A stretch of 64,000 bases of DNA from the IMG/VR virus record IMGVR_UViG_3300037153_000606; one strand, given 5' to 3'. Positions 10,298 to 19,783 of this stretch are shown here, one piece after another. The notes under the pieces are model-generated. The model saw only the letters and a program-made list of their open reading frames with translations, had not been told where the DNA came from and searched no databases. Origin of the DNA: a virus. The stretch's first letter is position 1, and every line of letters begins with the position of its first letter. Both the position numbers and the translations under genes were made by a program.

Positions 10298-10471
10298 ATG
10301 TTCGCACTCGTCGCCTGCGTGTTGTTCATCATCGCCGCCGTGAAGCAGGGCCATCCGTCCACGGCCCTGTTCTGGGTCTACCTGGCCCTGGCCGCGTGGT
10401 CGTTGCACTTCTTCCTCGACCCGTGGTTGAGCCCGTACTACCCGCGCCGCCGTACCCGCACCGCGCCCTAG
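10298..10471 (+). CDS. Small membrane protein
   Basis: RBS GAGGAGG, two hydrophobic segments. Confidence 0.6.
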   Translation: MFALVACVLFIIAAVKQGHPSTALFWVYLALAAWSLHFFLDPWLSPYYPRRRTRTAP

Positions 10472-10481
10472 GATCCTCACC

Positions 10482-13400
10482 GTGCTGCTCACCGAGGCCG
10501 AGCTGGCCCGGAAGGCCGCGCACCAGAGCGACAACGAGCTGAACTACGCGCGGTTCGGGTGTTACCACACCGCGTTGGGCCGGGTGTTGAAGGGCCACCG
10601 CCGTGCCCTGCTCGAAGACGCCGCGATGGACCGCCCGCCGCCGGGCATCGAACCGGTCCGCCACGTCATCGAGGGTGCCCGCGCGTTCAACGCCCACCAC
10701 GGCCTGGGCGACCCGCACGGCGACGTCGACTACCACCGGGTGCGCACCCACCGGGGGTTGTTGACCGACCTGGCCAAGGCCTACGACCGGATGCCCGAGG
10801 ACGACCCCGAGGCGCACCGGCACTTCGCCGCCATGGGCCGCGAGGTGGACCGCCAGTACGAGCACATGACCAACCGGATGGGCATCCACGTCCAGGTCAC
10901 CGACCACGACCCGTACCGCGACGTGCACGAACTGCGCGAGGATGTGGCCAACAACCACCGCATCAAGGTCCTTGGCACGCACGCGACCGGCGGGCACCCG
11001 TTCTTCTCCAACGAACAGAACGACCGGTTCCGTGCGGTGCACGACCTGTTCGGGCACCTGGGCACTGGGCGCGACTTCGACCGGCACGGCGAGGAGGCCG
11101 CCTTCCAGGCGCACGCCCGGATGTTCACCCCGCAGGCTCGTGGTGCGCTCGCCTCCGAGACCCGCGCGCAGAACGCCCACCTGATCACCACCGGGCGTTT
11201 CGGTGCCCAGAAGATCGCGTTGATGCCGAAGCGGTTGTGGCACCCCGGCCTGGCGCACATGGCGGCTTCGGACCCGTCATGGGAGAATGATTTTCATGCG
11301 ATCCAGCGAGCTGCCTCCGGATCATCGGGACTACATGCATCCCGAGGTCGAGGCCGAGTTGGAACGGCGGATGAACGACGGGTACCGCTGGGACGATCCG
11401 AGTCGAGTGGCACATACCGAACGCGAGTTGCGCGAGCAGATGGACCGCGATCTGGCAGTGGCCGAAGAACACGAACGGCGACGCAGGACAGCCAGTTCGA
11501 CTTCCGCGTCCGTAGGCATCCGGGACTCGAATCCGACATCCTGAACCTGCCGTCTGAACTTCGGCCCAAGCTGCATAACCGCATTATCGAGATGGCGCGC
11601 GGCCATGAGCCGCCTGATACGCACGACCTTGACGAAGAACCATTGTCACGAGGCAGATGGCGTGCCGGGACGATCATGGACGAAACCGATCCCCAGCACG
11701 AGCAAGATCGTTGGAGGTGGATCCACCGCTACCACGGCGGCGACCTGCAGATCTTCGCCGCCGGGGCACACCATAAGCCGGGAGAGCCGGTCGATCCCGA
11801 TGCTCCTCCCGACATTTATCGACATGCCCGGGAGCGATGGGAAGACCCCGATCGGCGGTATTTCGCCGCCATCGAGTACGTCGCCATGGGCCACGCCGGA
11901 CCGGACTACACCGGGTTGAGTTTTACCGACACACAGCACCACCAGTACCGCGAGATCTCTTACCGGCGCTTACAGGCATACCATCCCGACCACGATACGC
12001 CGGTCGGCGAGATCTCCTTCTCGGTGTCCCCGCCGCACGCCAAGCGCCCGTTACCGTTGATCCAGATCGACAACGTCGGGGTGCCCGCCGAACACCGCCG
12101 CCGGGGCGTGGCCACCGCCTTGATGAACGAGCTGGAGCGGCAGTATCCGGACCACGTCATCGACCACGGGGAACGCACCAAGCCGGGGGCGGACTGGGCG
12201 AAGTCGAAGTACGGGCCGGGCCAGACCCGGGGTTGGTCCAAGGCCCGGGAACGGTTCACCACCACCGACCTCACCCTCAACGGTCGGCCCTACACCGCCA
12301 TGGGCCAAGCAGGACCGGACTACGAGGGCCTGACCTTCAAAGACATGTCCGGGTTCGAGTACGGCGCGCACCCGGACCTGCACCACCATCGATTGTTGTT
12401 CGCCAGACACCCGGACGAACCCGGGTACCTGGGCCACGTCCAGTACGAACAACACCCGCACGAGATCGAGATCCACAACCTGACCGTGCACCCGGAGTAC
12501 CAACGCCGGGGGGTGGCCAGTGCGTTGATGGGCGAACTGGAACGGCGCAATCCCGGCGTCGTGATCAACCACGGGATGCGGTCCTCGTCCGGCACGCAGT
12601 GGGCCAAGGACTTCTACGGCCACGAGGGCCCACCATTGAACAACGGCCAGCAAGGGTGGACGGTCGCCCCGCGCACCCGCGACCGGGAGAGGGTCGCCAA
12701 GCACGTCGCCGCCGAGGGATTACCGCCCGGTTACACCATGGCGGTGCGCGAGGACCCGAGCACCGAGCGGTGGGGCCTGCCCGCGCTGCACGTCAAGGTT
12801 CGCCACGGCGGTCGAGAAGTCGGCGCGTTGAGCGTGCACCAACGCGACATCGACGACGAGCGGGTCGGGCACCCGAACATCTACGTGGACCCCGAGCACC
12901 AACGCCAGGGTCTGGCCAGTGCCATGTACGCCGAGGTGCACCGGCGGTGGCCGAAGGTACCGGTGGTGCATTCCGAACACGCCAGCGATGCCGCCAAGGC
13001 GTTGAACCAGCGCCTGCTGGAGCACTTGCCGCAGTTGCACCGGCAGGCCGCCGCCGAGCGCTACTACCACGCGACGCCTTATGACTTGGATCGAGAGACG
13101 CATGTCCGGTCACCGATGGAGACAGGTCGGGAGCCGCATTGGGGTGGAATGGGCGACCAAGAGGACGCTCAGGTCTTCGGCACCCACTCCATCGAGAACG
13201 CGCACGAGTGGGGCGGCGAGATTGCCGACTCGTCCCACTACCGCATTTACGAGGTGCAGTCCGAAGGAAATGTGGAAGACCACTCTCACACCTGGGCCGC
13301 ACCCCGGGCTCGGATCCTGCGTCGGGTGCACCCTCCGGTTGCCAAGCAGGCCGCCGCCAGGCACACCATGTCATTAGCCGAACTGCGCACGTTGCCTACC

Positions 13401-15224
13401 GAGGACTACCGGGTGCGGGTGGACAAGGTGCGGGCCAAGATGGAGCACGAGTGGCGGCACGGCACGGACACCCAACGCACCTCCTGGCGCGTACACGGCG
13501 GCCCGTCGGGGTACCTGGATCAGCTCGGTGCCGACATCACCGCGCACGGCATCACCGAACCGATCGTCATCGGGCACCGGCCCAATGGGCGCACCACGAT
13601 CTACGACGGCACGCACCGGGCCCTGGTCGCGCACGAACAGGGCATCGACCCGGTGCCGGTCACCCATCTGGATCTGGTGCCGGGTCAGCACATTGCGTGG
13701 GACAATGGGAACCATGGCCGAGGACAAGCCCCGCCGGTACCCGTTGGACGAGAACGGGCGACCGGATCTGGCCGACGAGTGGGATCTGCCCGAGGACTGG
13801 CCCAAACCGGAGGACAATCCGTACGCGGTACGACCGGGCGAGGATCATCGCGAAGTGTTCAACCGGATGCGTACCGACGGTCGTCGCGAGAGAGAAGCTC
13901 GGGAAGCCGCCGAGAGGGAGCGCGCGGTCAAGAGCTGATTGTCCATCTCCCAGATCCGCATCCTCATCTGAAGAACGATCTCGATCGCCTCAGTGATGAC
14001 GATCATGAGCATTACCTAGATCGTATTGACGTCCTCAGGACTCATGATCTCGGTGGCAATACTCATTTACTGACTCACGGTCGACTTGCTGGGTGGTCTG
14101 GTACGTACCTGCACGATGACGCCCAGACACACGTAATCGTGCATCGCCGTCGTCGATACACAAGAGTGCCTCGATTACAGGTGTTGGCGGTTGGCCCCCA
14201 TGACGAGGCATACGCGAATGCCGAGCGGCGATTGTCCAATCCCTCACGACGGTTCGCCGCCGCCGACTGGGACGAGTTCCGGCGCATCCAGGACACTCAA
14301 CGCCGCCGGTACGAGCGGCCCGGCGTCGGTGGCGACCAGGAAGACCGGGACCGGTACTTCGGCACCGGTGAGATGCGCGGGGTCGGCGAGGAACGCCTGA
14401 TCACGCCCAAGGACTGGATCACGCACTCGCGCAACCAGCGCTTCGAGGACACCGACCCGCACTTCCAGGAGCACTGGCGCGGGTACGAGCTTGGACACGC
14501 GCACGGTGCGAGCGGCAGGGTGGACGCCGAAGAGTTGGAACGCGAACACGCCCGCAGCCCGCACCAGGACCATTTCCGGGCCGGGTACGGGGAAGGACTG
14601 GAGGCCGCGATGGACCGGGTGGCGGTGTTGGTTGGACCGGGTACGCCCACGGCGGTGACCATCCCGAAGACCGCGCACGTGTCCGGCAACACCGTGGACG
14701 CCCTGCACTGCCCGTTCTGCGGTAGCGGTTCGGTCACGGCACGTTCGGACGGGTCGATCGAATGCAGCTTCTGCACCGCCGCCTACACGGTGCAGGTGCA
14801 GCCGCAGTACTCGGCGTTCCCGCAGACCGTCAACGACATGCCCTACCCGTGGCCGGGCCGCGACGACCTGGGTGCGGGCGGCCTACCGGGTGGCGTAGTA
14901 GACGAACAGGACGGCGAGCAGGACGAAGCCGACGGCGAGCAGGATGGCGACGGGTCGGTCCCGCCCTGGTTGGGTGGCGGTGAAGGAGATGACCAGGACG
15001 CCGAAGACGAGGCAGACGAGGGCGAGGATGAGGACGAGCCCGAGGATGACGAGGCGTCCGTCCATGGCAGCAAGGCTCCTCCGTTCGGCAAGAAGAAGTC
15101 CTACCTGAACACACGTGGGCAGGAATTGTCCGAAGAGGACTACTTGCGGCACTTGGCGATCCTGGTCAGCCCGGACCCGGCGGCCATGGCGGCGAAGGTC
15201 AGGAAGCAGCGGGTGGGTGCGTGA
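10482..15224 (+). CDS. Polyvalent head-region polyprotein: 2 RelE/ParE-like, 3 GNAT, ADP-ribosyltransferase-like, ParB-like and Zn-ribbon domains
   Basis: GNAT motif A three times (VPAEHRRRGVA, VHPEYQRRGVA, VDPEHQRQGLA); YYHAT...VFGT...IYEV; GITEPIVI...YDGTHR; CPFCGSG...CSFC. Confidence 0.75.
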   Translation: MLLTEAELARKAAHQSDNELNYARFGCYHTALGRVLKGHRRALLEDAAMDRPPPGIEPVRHVIEGARAFNAHHGLGDPHGDVDYHRVRTHRGLLTDLAKAYDRMPEDDPEAHRHFAAMGREVDRQYEHMTNRMGIHVQVTDHDPYRDVHELREDVANNHRIKVLGTHATGGHPFFSNEQNDRFRAVHDLFGHLGTGRDFDRHGEEAAFQAHARMFTPQARGALASETRAQNAHLITTGRFGAQKIALMPKRLWHPGLAHMAASDPSWENDFHAIQRAASGSSGLHASRGRGRVGTADERRVPLGRSESSGTYRTRVARADGPRSGSGRRTRTATQDSQFDFRVRRHPGLESDILNLPSELRPKLHNRIIEMARGHEPPDTHDLDEEPLSRGRWRAGTIMDETDPQHEQDRWRWIHRYHGGDLQIFAAGAHHKPGEPVDPDAPPDIYRHARERWEDPDRRYFAAIEYVAMGHAGPDYTGLSFTDTQHHQYREISYRRLQAYHPDHDTPVGEISFSVSPPHAKRPLPLIQIDNVGVPAEHRRRGVATALMNELERQYPDHVIDHGERTKPGADWAKSKYGPGQTRGWSKARERFTTTDLTLNGRPYTAMGQAGPDYEGLTFKDMSGFEYGAHPDLHHHRLLFARHPDEPGYLGHVQYEQHPHEIEIHNLTVHPEYQRRGVASALMGELERRNPGVVINHGMRSSSGTQWAKDFYGHEGPPLNNGQQGWTVAPRTRDRERVAKHVAAEGLPPGYTMAVREDPSTERWGLPALHVKVRHGGREVGALSVHQRDIDDERVGHPNIYVDPEHQRQGLASAMYAEVHRRWPKVPVVHSEHASDAAKALNQRLLEHLPQLHRQAAAERYYHATPYDLDRETHVRSPMETGREPHWGGMGDQEDAQVFGTHSIENAHEWGGEIADSSHYRIYEVQSEGNVEDHSHTWAAPRARILRRVHPPVAKQAAARHTMSLAELRTLPTEDYRVRVDKVRAKMEHEWRHGTDTQRTSWRVHGGPSGYLDQLGADITAHGITEPIVIGHRPNGRTTIYDGTHRALVAHEQGIDPVPVTHLDLVPGQHIAWDNGNHGRGQAPPVPVGRERATGSGRRVGSARGLAQTGGQSVRGTTGRGSSRSVQPDAYRRSSRERSSGSRREGARGQELIVHLPDPHPHLKNDLDRLSDDDHEHYLDRIDVLRTHDLGGNTHLLTHGRLAGWSGTYLHDDAQTHVIVHRRRRYTRVPRLQVLAVGPHDEAYANAERRLSNPSRRFAAADWDEFRRIQDTQRRRYERPGVGGDQEDRDRYFGTGEMRGVGEERLITPKDWITHSRNQRFEDTDPHFQEHWRGYELGHAHGASGRVDAEELEREHARSPHQDHFRAGYGEGLEAAMDRVAVLVGPGTPTAVTIPKTAHVSGNTVDALHCPFCGSGSVTARSDGSIECSFCTAAYTVQVQPQYSAFPQTVNDMPYPWPGRDDLGAGGLPGGVVDEQDGEQDEADGEQDGDGSVPPWLGGGEGDDQDAEDEADEGEDEDEPEDDEASVHGSKAPPFGKKKSYLNTRGQELSEEDYLRHLAILVSPDPAAMAAKVRKQRVGA
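11296..11544 (+). CDS. Overprinted small charged ORF, candidate antitoxin 1 (leaderless)
   Basis: Alternate frame inside the polyprotein; GAGAAT-N7-ATG; precedes and overlaps the start of a RelE-like domain. Confidence 0.5.
   Translation: MRSSELPPDHRDYMHPEVEAELERRMNDGYRWDDPSRVAHTERELREQMDRDLAVAEEHERRRRTASSTSASVGIRDSNPTS
13714..13938 (+). CDS. Overprinted small acidic ORF, candidate antitoxin 2 (leaderless)
   Basis: Alternate frame; GACAAT-N7-ATG; ends where the second RelE-like domain begins. Confidence 0.5.
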   Translation: MAEDKPRRYPLDENGRPDLADEWDLPEDWPKPEDNPYAVRPGEDHREVFNRMRTDGRREREAREAAERERAVKS

Positions 15225-15535
15225 CCTCCTCGGCCACCGTCACCGCGTTGCTCGCCGACTACGACCTCGGCGAGTTCGCCCGCGCCTCCGAGCATCCGTG
15301 CCAGGCGTCCCGGTTCCACTCACCGCGCCCGTTGTTGACCCGCCATTACGACTTCGGCACCCATTACGTCTCGTACTGGTTGTGCGGCACCTGCGCGGGC
15401 AACATCCAGATGTTCCTGTTGGTACACGAGAACGAGGGCGAGCTGCCCTGGTCCACGCTGCGCGAGTTCGGCAACGAAGTACGCCGTATCGGCAACACCA
15501 TTATCCTGCGCCGCCAGCAGGCCAGCCGTGGCTAG
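15221..15535 (+). CDS. Hypothetical protein
   Basis: GTGA overlap; CxxC motif; overlaps the portal start. Confidence 0.65.
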   Translation: MTSSATVTALLADYDLGEFARASEHPCQASRFHSPRPLLTRHYDFGTHYVSYWLCGTCAGNIQMFLLVHENEGELPWSTLREFGNEVRRIGNTIILRRQQASRG

Positions 15536-18323
15536 TTTCGTCGTCACCGACAACCGGGGCCGCCGGGTGCCGTTGCCCAACGGCACGGCAGGCCCGCCAA
15601 ACGGGTTCTCGCGGATCTCCACCCGGCGGGTCACCGAGGCCGACCAGCAGGGTTTCTCCTCGCGCGGGTTGCCCTTCGGCACGCCGGACGTCAACGCCGC
15701 CGTGACGCACGCCCGGGCGCAGAAGCTGACCCACGCCTCACGGATGCGCCGCACCGGGGCGTACGGCGGCGGCACCGCGTCGATGCAGTTGGCCACCTCC
15801 CGGCCGCGCGACCCGATGTGGTACTGGAAGCAGAACAACATCCCCTTCGACTTCACCGAGCCGGAGGAGCTGGCCAAGATCCGGGAGTTCTGCACCACGC
15901 CGGACACCCCGGTCACCATGGCCGACAACTCCAGCAAGCCGATCGGCACCGTGGCGGTCGGCGAATCGGTGTACGGGTGGACCTACCGGTTGCACGTCAA
16001 CGGCGGTTTGGAACGCAACTGGGTCGCCTCGAAGGTGATCGCGGTCGGGGTGAAGCAGGCCCCGGTGGTCACCGTGACGCTGGCCAGCGGGGCCACGGTC
16101 ACCTGTACCGCCGACCACCGGTGGGCGAACCCGAACTTCACCAAGTTGCAGCGCACCGAGCGGATCGGGCCGTGGGTGCAGGCCGACTCGGCCACCGAGT
16201 ACCAGAGCGCGCAGGTCGGCACCGCGTTGTTGGCCGCGTCCAACTGCCGGGTCGAGCACAACGCGCGTGGGTACGGCTACCCGGCCGCCGACACGTTCGA
16301 GGACAAGGTGATCTCGGTCGAGCCGGTGCTCGACGAGGACGGCGTGTTGGTCTACACCGACGTGGTCTCGCTGCAGACGCTGACCGGCAACTACATCGCG
16401 GGCGGGTACTGCAGCAAGAACTGCCGCCTGCTCTACGTGACGCACCCGATCGTGAGTGCCTGCATCGACGTCTACTCCAAGCTGCCTATGCAGGGGATGG
16501 CATTCACTTGTAAGGACCCGCAGCTGGTCGACTTCTACACCGACCTGTTCTTCGACCAACTGAATTACGAGGACTTCCTGCTCGACCTGGGCACCGAGTA
16601 CTGGCTCTCCGGGGAGAGCTGGGGCCTGGGCGGTTGGAACGACACGCTGGGCGTGTGGGAGTCCGACGCGCTGATCAACCCCGACGACGTCGAGGTGGAG
16701 AACTCGCTGTTCCAGCCCGAGCCGCGCTACCTGATGCGGTTGCCCGAGTCGCTGCGCAAGATCCTCACCACCCGCACCCCGCACTGGCAGTACACCCAGC
16801 TGGTCACCAAGTGGCCGGAGCTGGCCAACTACGCGTCCGAGGACGCGCTGATGCCGGTCTCGAACTACATCCTCAAGCAGCTGCGGTTCAAGGCGGATCG
16901 GTTCTCCAACCGGGGCATCCCGATTTTGATGCGCGGGTTCCGCACCCTGATCCAGGAGGAGATGCTCAACTCCGCGCTGGATTCCATCGCGGACCGGCTC
17001 TACACCCCGCTGATCCTGACCAAGCTGGGCGCGACCGCGCAGGACCTGGGCACTAACGTGCCGTGGATCCCTACCCAGGACGAGATGGAGGACTTCAACG
17101 CGGTGCTGGACGCCGCGCTGGCCGCCGACTTCCGCGCCTTGACCTACCACTGGGCCGTCGACATGCAGCCGGTGTTCGGCCGGGAGAACGTGCCGGACCT
17201 GTCCAACGACTTCGACCGGATCGTGGAACGCATCCTGATGGTCTTCGGGCTGAGCCAGACCATGCTCACCGGAGCCGAGGCGGGCGAGACGTACGCCGCC
17301 GACGCACTGAACCGCGACGTGGTCACCCAGCTGCTCTCGCACTACCAGAAGATGATCTCGCGCTACGTGCACGACCGGGCCGCGATCGTCGCCGAGGCGC
17401 AGGAGCACTACGACTACGAGGTGCGCCAGGGCCGCCGGTACCTGGTCACCGAGGAGATCTACGAGGTGGACGAGGAGACCGGCGAGGAGCGCATCGTCGA
17501 GCAGCCCAAGCTGTTGGTGCCCGACCTCGAATTCAAGACGCTCAACATCTCCGACGAGGAGGACGAGCGGCAGTTCGTCGAGACGCTGGCCGCAGCGGGC
17601 GTGCCGGTGCCCTACCGAGCCCGGCTGACCACCACCGGCATCGACTTCGACGAGGCGATCGAGGAGCGCTCCCAGGAGGACGTGGCGCTCGCGGTGGCCG
17701 AGCAGGAGACCCGCAAGAAGACATTCCAGGCGTTGCAGCGGGCCGGTCTGCCCATCGCCGCCGACCTGGCCCAGGACTTCTCCCCGAAGGCGATCCAGCC
17801 CGGCAACGAGCCCGCGCTGGGCATGGACGGGCAGGACGCGCTGCTCAACCCGTTGGGTCTCGCCCCCACCGACCTGCCCGCGCTCGCGCCGACCCAGGAC
17901 GACCTGGACCAGGACACCGGCATCGAGGACACCAATGCGCCGCCGTCCGACCAGGGCGACGGGTACGGGCCCGGCGGTGAGGGTGACTACCCGGGCCGCC
18001 CGGAGGAGTCCGACGAGGAGCGTGACGGCATGCCGACCTCCAACCAGCGCGCGGCCAGCCTGGCATCCGGTTCTCCGGACACCAAACCGCCGATCACCAA
18101 GATCTCCGGCTACCAGATCGGGCAGCGCTTCGGGATCCGCCAGGCGGTTGCCGAGCACTACGTCGCGCCGGACAACTCCGAGGAGGAGAACGCCCGCGAC
18201 TTCCGGCCCACCGGCCGGTTCGGCGCGCCCCGGGTGCTCGGCATGCGCCAGTACCTGAACCTGGGCGGCGTGCCGACCCGGGTGGCCAAGCGGCCCCGTG
18301 GCGAGGAGGACGCAGATGGCTAA
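15528..18323 (+). CDS. Portal protein containing a mini-intein
   Basis: HPIVSACIDVYSKLP and RGIPILMRGFRTL...DRLYTPLILTKLG resemble Bxz1-type portals; located in the head module. Confidence 0.75.
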   Translation: MASFVVTDNRGRRVPLPNGTAGPPNGFSRISTRRVTEADQQGFSSRGLPFGTPDVNAAVTHARAQKLTHASRMRRTGAYGGGTASMQLATSRPRDPMWYWKQNNIPFDFTEPEELAKIREFCTTPDTPVTMADNSSKPIGTVAVGESVYGWTYRLHVNGGLERNWVASKVIAVGVKQAPVVTVTLASGATVTCTADHRWANPNFTKLQRTERIGPWVQADSATEYQSAQVGTALLAASNCRVEHNARGYGYPAADTFEDKVISVEPVLDEDGVLVYTDVVSLQTLTGNYIAGGYCSKNCRLLYVTHPIVSACIDVYSKLPMQGMAFTCKDPQLVDFYTDLFFDQLNYEDFLLDLGTEYWLSGESWGLGGWNDTLGVWESDALINPDDVEVENSLFQPEPRYLMRLPESLRKILTTRTPHWQYTQLVTKWPELANYASEDALMPVSNYILKQLRFKADRFSNRGIPILMRGFRTLIQEEMLNSALDSIADRLYTPLILTKLGATAQDLGTNVPWIPTQDEMEDFNAVLDAALAADFRALTYHWAVDMQPVFGRENVPDLSNDFDRIVERILMVFGLSQTMLTGAEAGETYAADALNRDVVTQLLSHYQKMISRYVHDRAAIVAEAQEHYDYEVRQGRRYLVTEEIYEVDEETGEERIVEQPKLLVPDLEFKTLNISDEEDERQFVETLAAAGVPVPYRARLTTTGIDFDEAIEERSQEDVALAVAEQETRKKTFQALQRAGLPIAADLAQDFSPKAIQPGNEPALGMDGQDALLNPLGLAPTDLPALAPTQDDLDQDTGIEDTNAPPSDQGDGYGPGGEGDYPGRPEESDEERDGMPTSNQRAASLASGSPDTKPPITKISGYQIGQRFGIRQAVAEHYVAPDNSEEENARDFRPTGRFGAPRVLGMRQYLNLGGVPTRVAKRPRGEEDADG
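15891..16421 (+). mobile_element. Mini-intein (177 aa, Hint domain, no homing endonuclease)
   Basis: C1 CTTPDTPVTMAD, block B TCTADHRW, end GNYIAGGYCSKN followed by +1 Cys. Confidence 0.85.
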
Positions 18324-18489
18324 GTGGCGGGTCGGCCGCAAGGTCGGGCGGACGATCTATATCCAGTCCGGTGACACGCCTTCCGACGGTGACGAGTTGA
18401 TCGGCCTGATGGACTCCATCGAGCTGGCCCAGGAGGCCGTGGACGCGGTGAACGCCCTCGACGAGCCGGAGCCCGACGATGACGATTGA
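18316..18489 (+). CDS. Small hypothetical protein (WRVGRKVGRTIY)
   Basis: RBS GAGGA; overlaps the portal stop. Confidence 0.6.
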   Translation: MAKWRVGRKVGRTIYIQSGDTPSDGDELIGLMDSIELAQEAVDAVNALDEPEPDDDD

Positions 18490-18856
18490 GGCGTTCGCGC
18501 CACCCGAGCCTGAGTCGCCGCGTTGCCCGGAGACCGGTGACATCTGTGTCCGGGATTGTCTGGTGGGATGTTTCGAGCGGTGGTCGCACCGGGAACGTCA
18601 TCAGGAACAGACCACCAGACTGATCGGAAAGACCGAGGAGTTGGTGCGCACCTCGGCGACACTTGGGCATCGGTGCAGTTTGCGGCGTTGGTACGACCCT
18701 GCGCGCCGTATGACCTACATCCAGTGCGACGATGTCCGGCAGCCTGTGACCGATCAAGCGCTGTTTGTCGCCGAAGACCCGGAGTACGTCGTAGCGCTCG
18801 CCACTTATCGAGTAGTGCGTGATGCGCATCCGGAACCTGAGCCCCGTGATGTGTGA
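18479..18856 (+). CDS. Hypothetical protein
   Basis: 125-aa ORF in a tightly packed operon. Confidence 0.5.
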   Translation: MTIEAFAPPEPESPRCPETGDICVRDCLVGCFERWSHRERHQEQTTRLIGKTEELVRTSATLGHRCSLRRWYDPARRMTYIQCDDVRQPVTDQALFVAEDPEYVVALATYRVVRDAHPEPEPRDV

Positions 18857-19122
18857 GGTCGGCGCGCGCTGCCCGAACTGCGGCCAGCCCGAACTGGACG
18901 CCGACGAGGTGCACTGTTGCACCATCAACGGCCGGGCGCAGCGCATCTACATCTGCCACGACTGCGAGGCCGAGGTGGTCGTCAGCGTGCTCGTGCCGGA
19001 GTCGGTGCGGGCATGATCGTCGGGCCGGTGCCCACCTGGACCTACGGGCGGACCATCACCCGGTGCTTCAGGTTCGTCCCGGTCACCGTCAACGGTCGGC
19101 TGTGGTGGTTCATGTGGACCCC

Positions 19123-19344
19123 GTGAGCACCGCCGCGCCGGAATGGCTGCCCGAGCGTGCGCTGTACTGGGAGCAGCTGCCGTTCCTGGTGCACGACGGC
19201 GACACGGTCCAACCCGGCCAGCTGGAGTGGCAGCGCCCGGACGGGCAGGTGTTCACCTTCCGCGCGATGCGCTGGCATCTGGAGCGTCACGACTGGGTCG
19301 ACTACCTGGTCATCGACGCGTGGGAGAAGATCGCGCGGCCATGA
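19123..19344 (+). CDS. Small hypothetical protein
   Basis: GTGA-coupled start; ATGA overlap with the next gene. Confidence 0.5.
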   Translation: MSTAAPEWLPERALYWEQLPFLVHDGDTVQPGQLEWQRPDGQVFTFRAMRWHLERHDWVDYLVIDAWEKIARP

Positions 19345-19622
19345 GGATCACCGAGGGCGAACTGCGCGAGCGGTTCGGGTACTCGCCCAACCCGGACCGC
19401 GCACACGCCGCCGCCCAGGCCGACGTGCACCGCCGCCTGTTGCAGGTGGCCGTAGTGATGTCCAACGTGCTCCCGCAGGGCCGGGAGGCCACTTTGGTCA
19501 TCACCAAGCTGGAGGAGGCACTGTTCTGGGCGGACGCCGCGATCGCGCGCACCGAGCACCTGCCGGTACGGCGCGGACGCCCGCCCCGCGAGATCATCGA
19601 TCAGCCGTTGCCGGAGAACTGA
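19341..19622 (+). CDS. Acb2/Tad1-like cyclic-nucleotide sponge protein
   Basis: RFGY...LPQGREATLVITKLEEALFWADAAIAR matches the Acb2/Tad1 helical hairpin pattern. Confidence 0.65.
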   Translation: MRITEGELRERFGYSPNPDRAHAAAQADVHRRLLQVAVVMSNVLPQGREATLVITKLEEALFWADAAIARTEHLPVRRGRPPREIIDQPLPEN

Positions 19623-19776
19623 CCCGCTGATCCAGACCCAACATCTGCAAGACGAGCAGCACGTCCTTACGCGGTACCCGGTCGCAGACCACCAACTGCG
19701 CCTTGTGCGCGACCCAACCGGGCAGCTCGACCGCCCGCGTTGTGGCCCACTCGTCCTGGCCGTAGGCGCGGGTCAT
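19594..19776 (-). CDS. Small hypothetical protein
   Basis: Last gene of the minus-strand block. Confidence 0.45.
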   Translation of the reverse strand: MTRAYGQDEWATTRAVELPGWVAHKAQLVVCDRVPRKDVLLVLQMLGLDQRVSSPATADR

Positions 19777-19783
19777 CCGTGCG

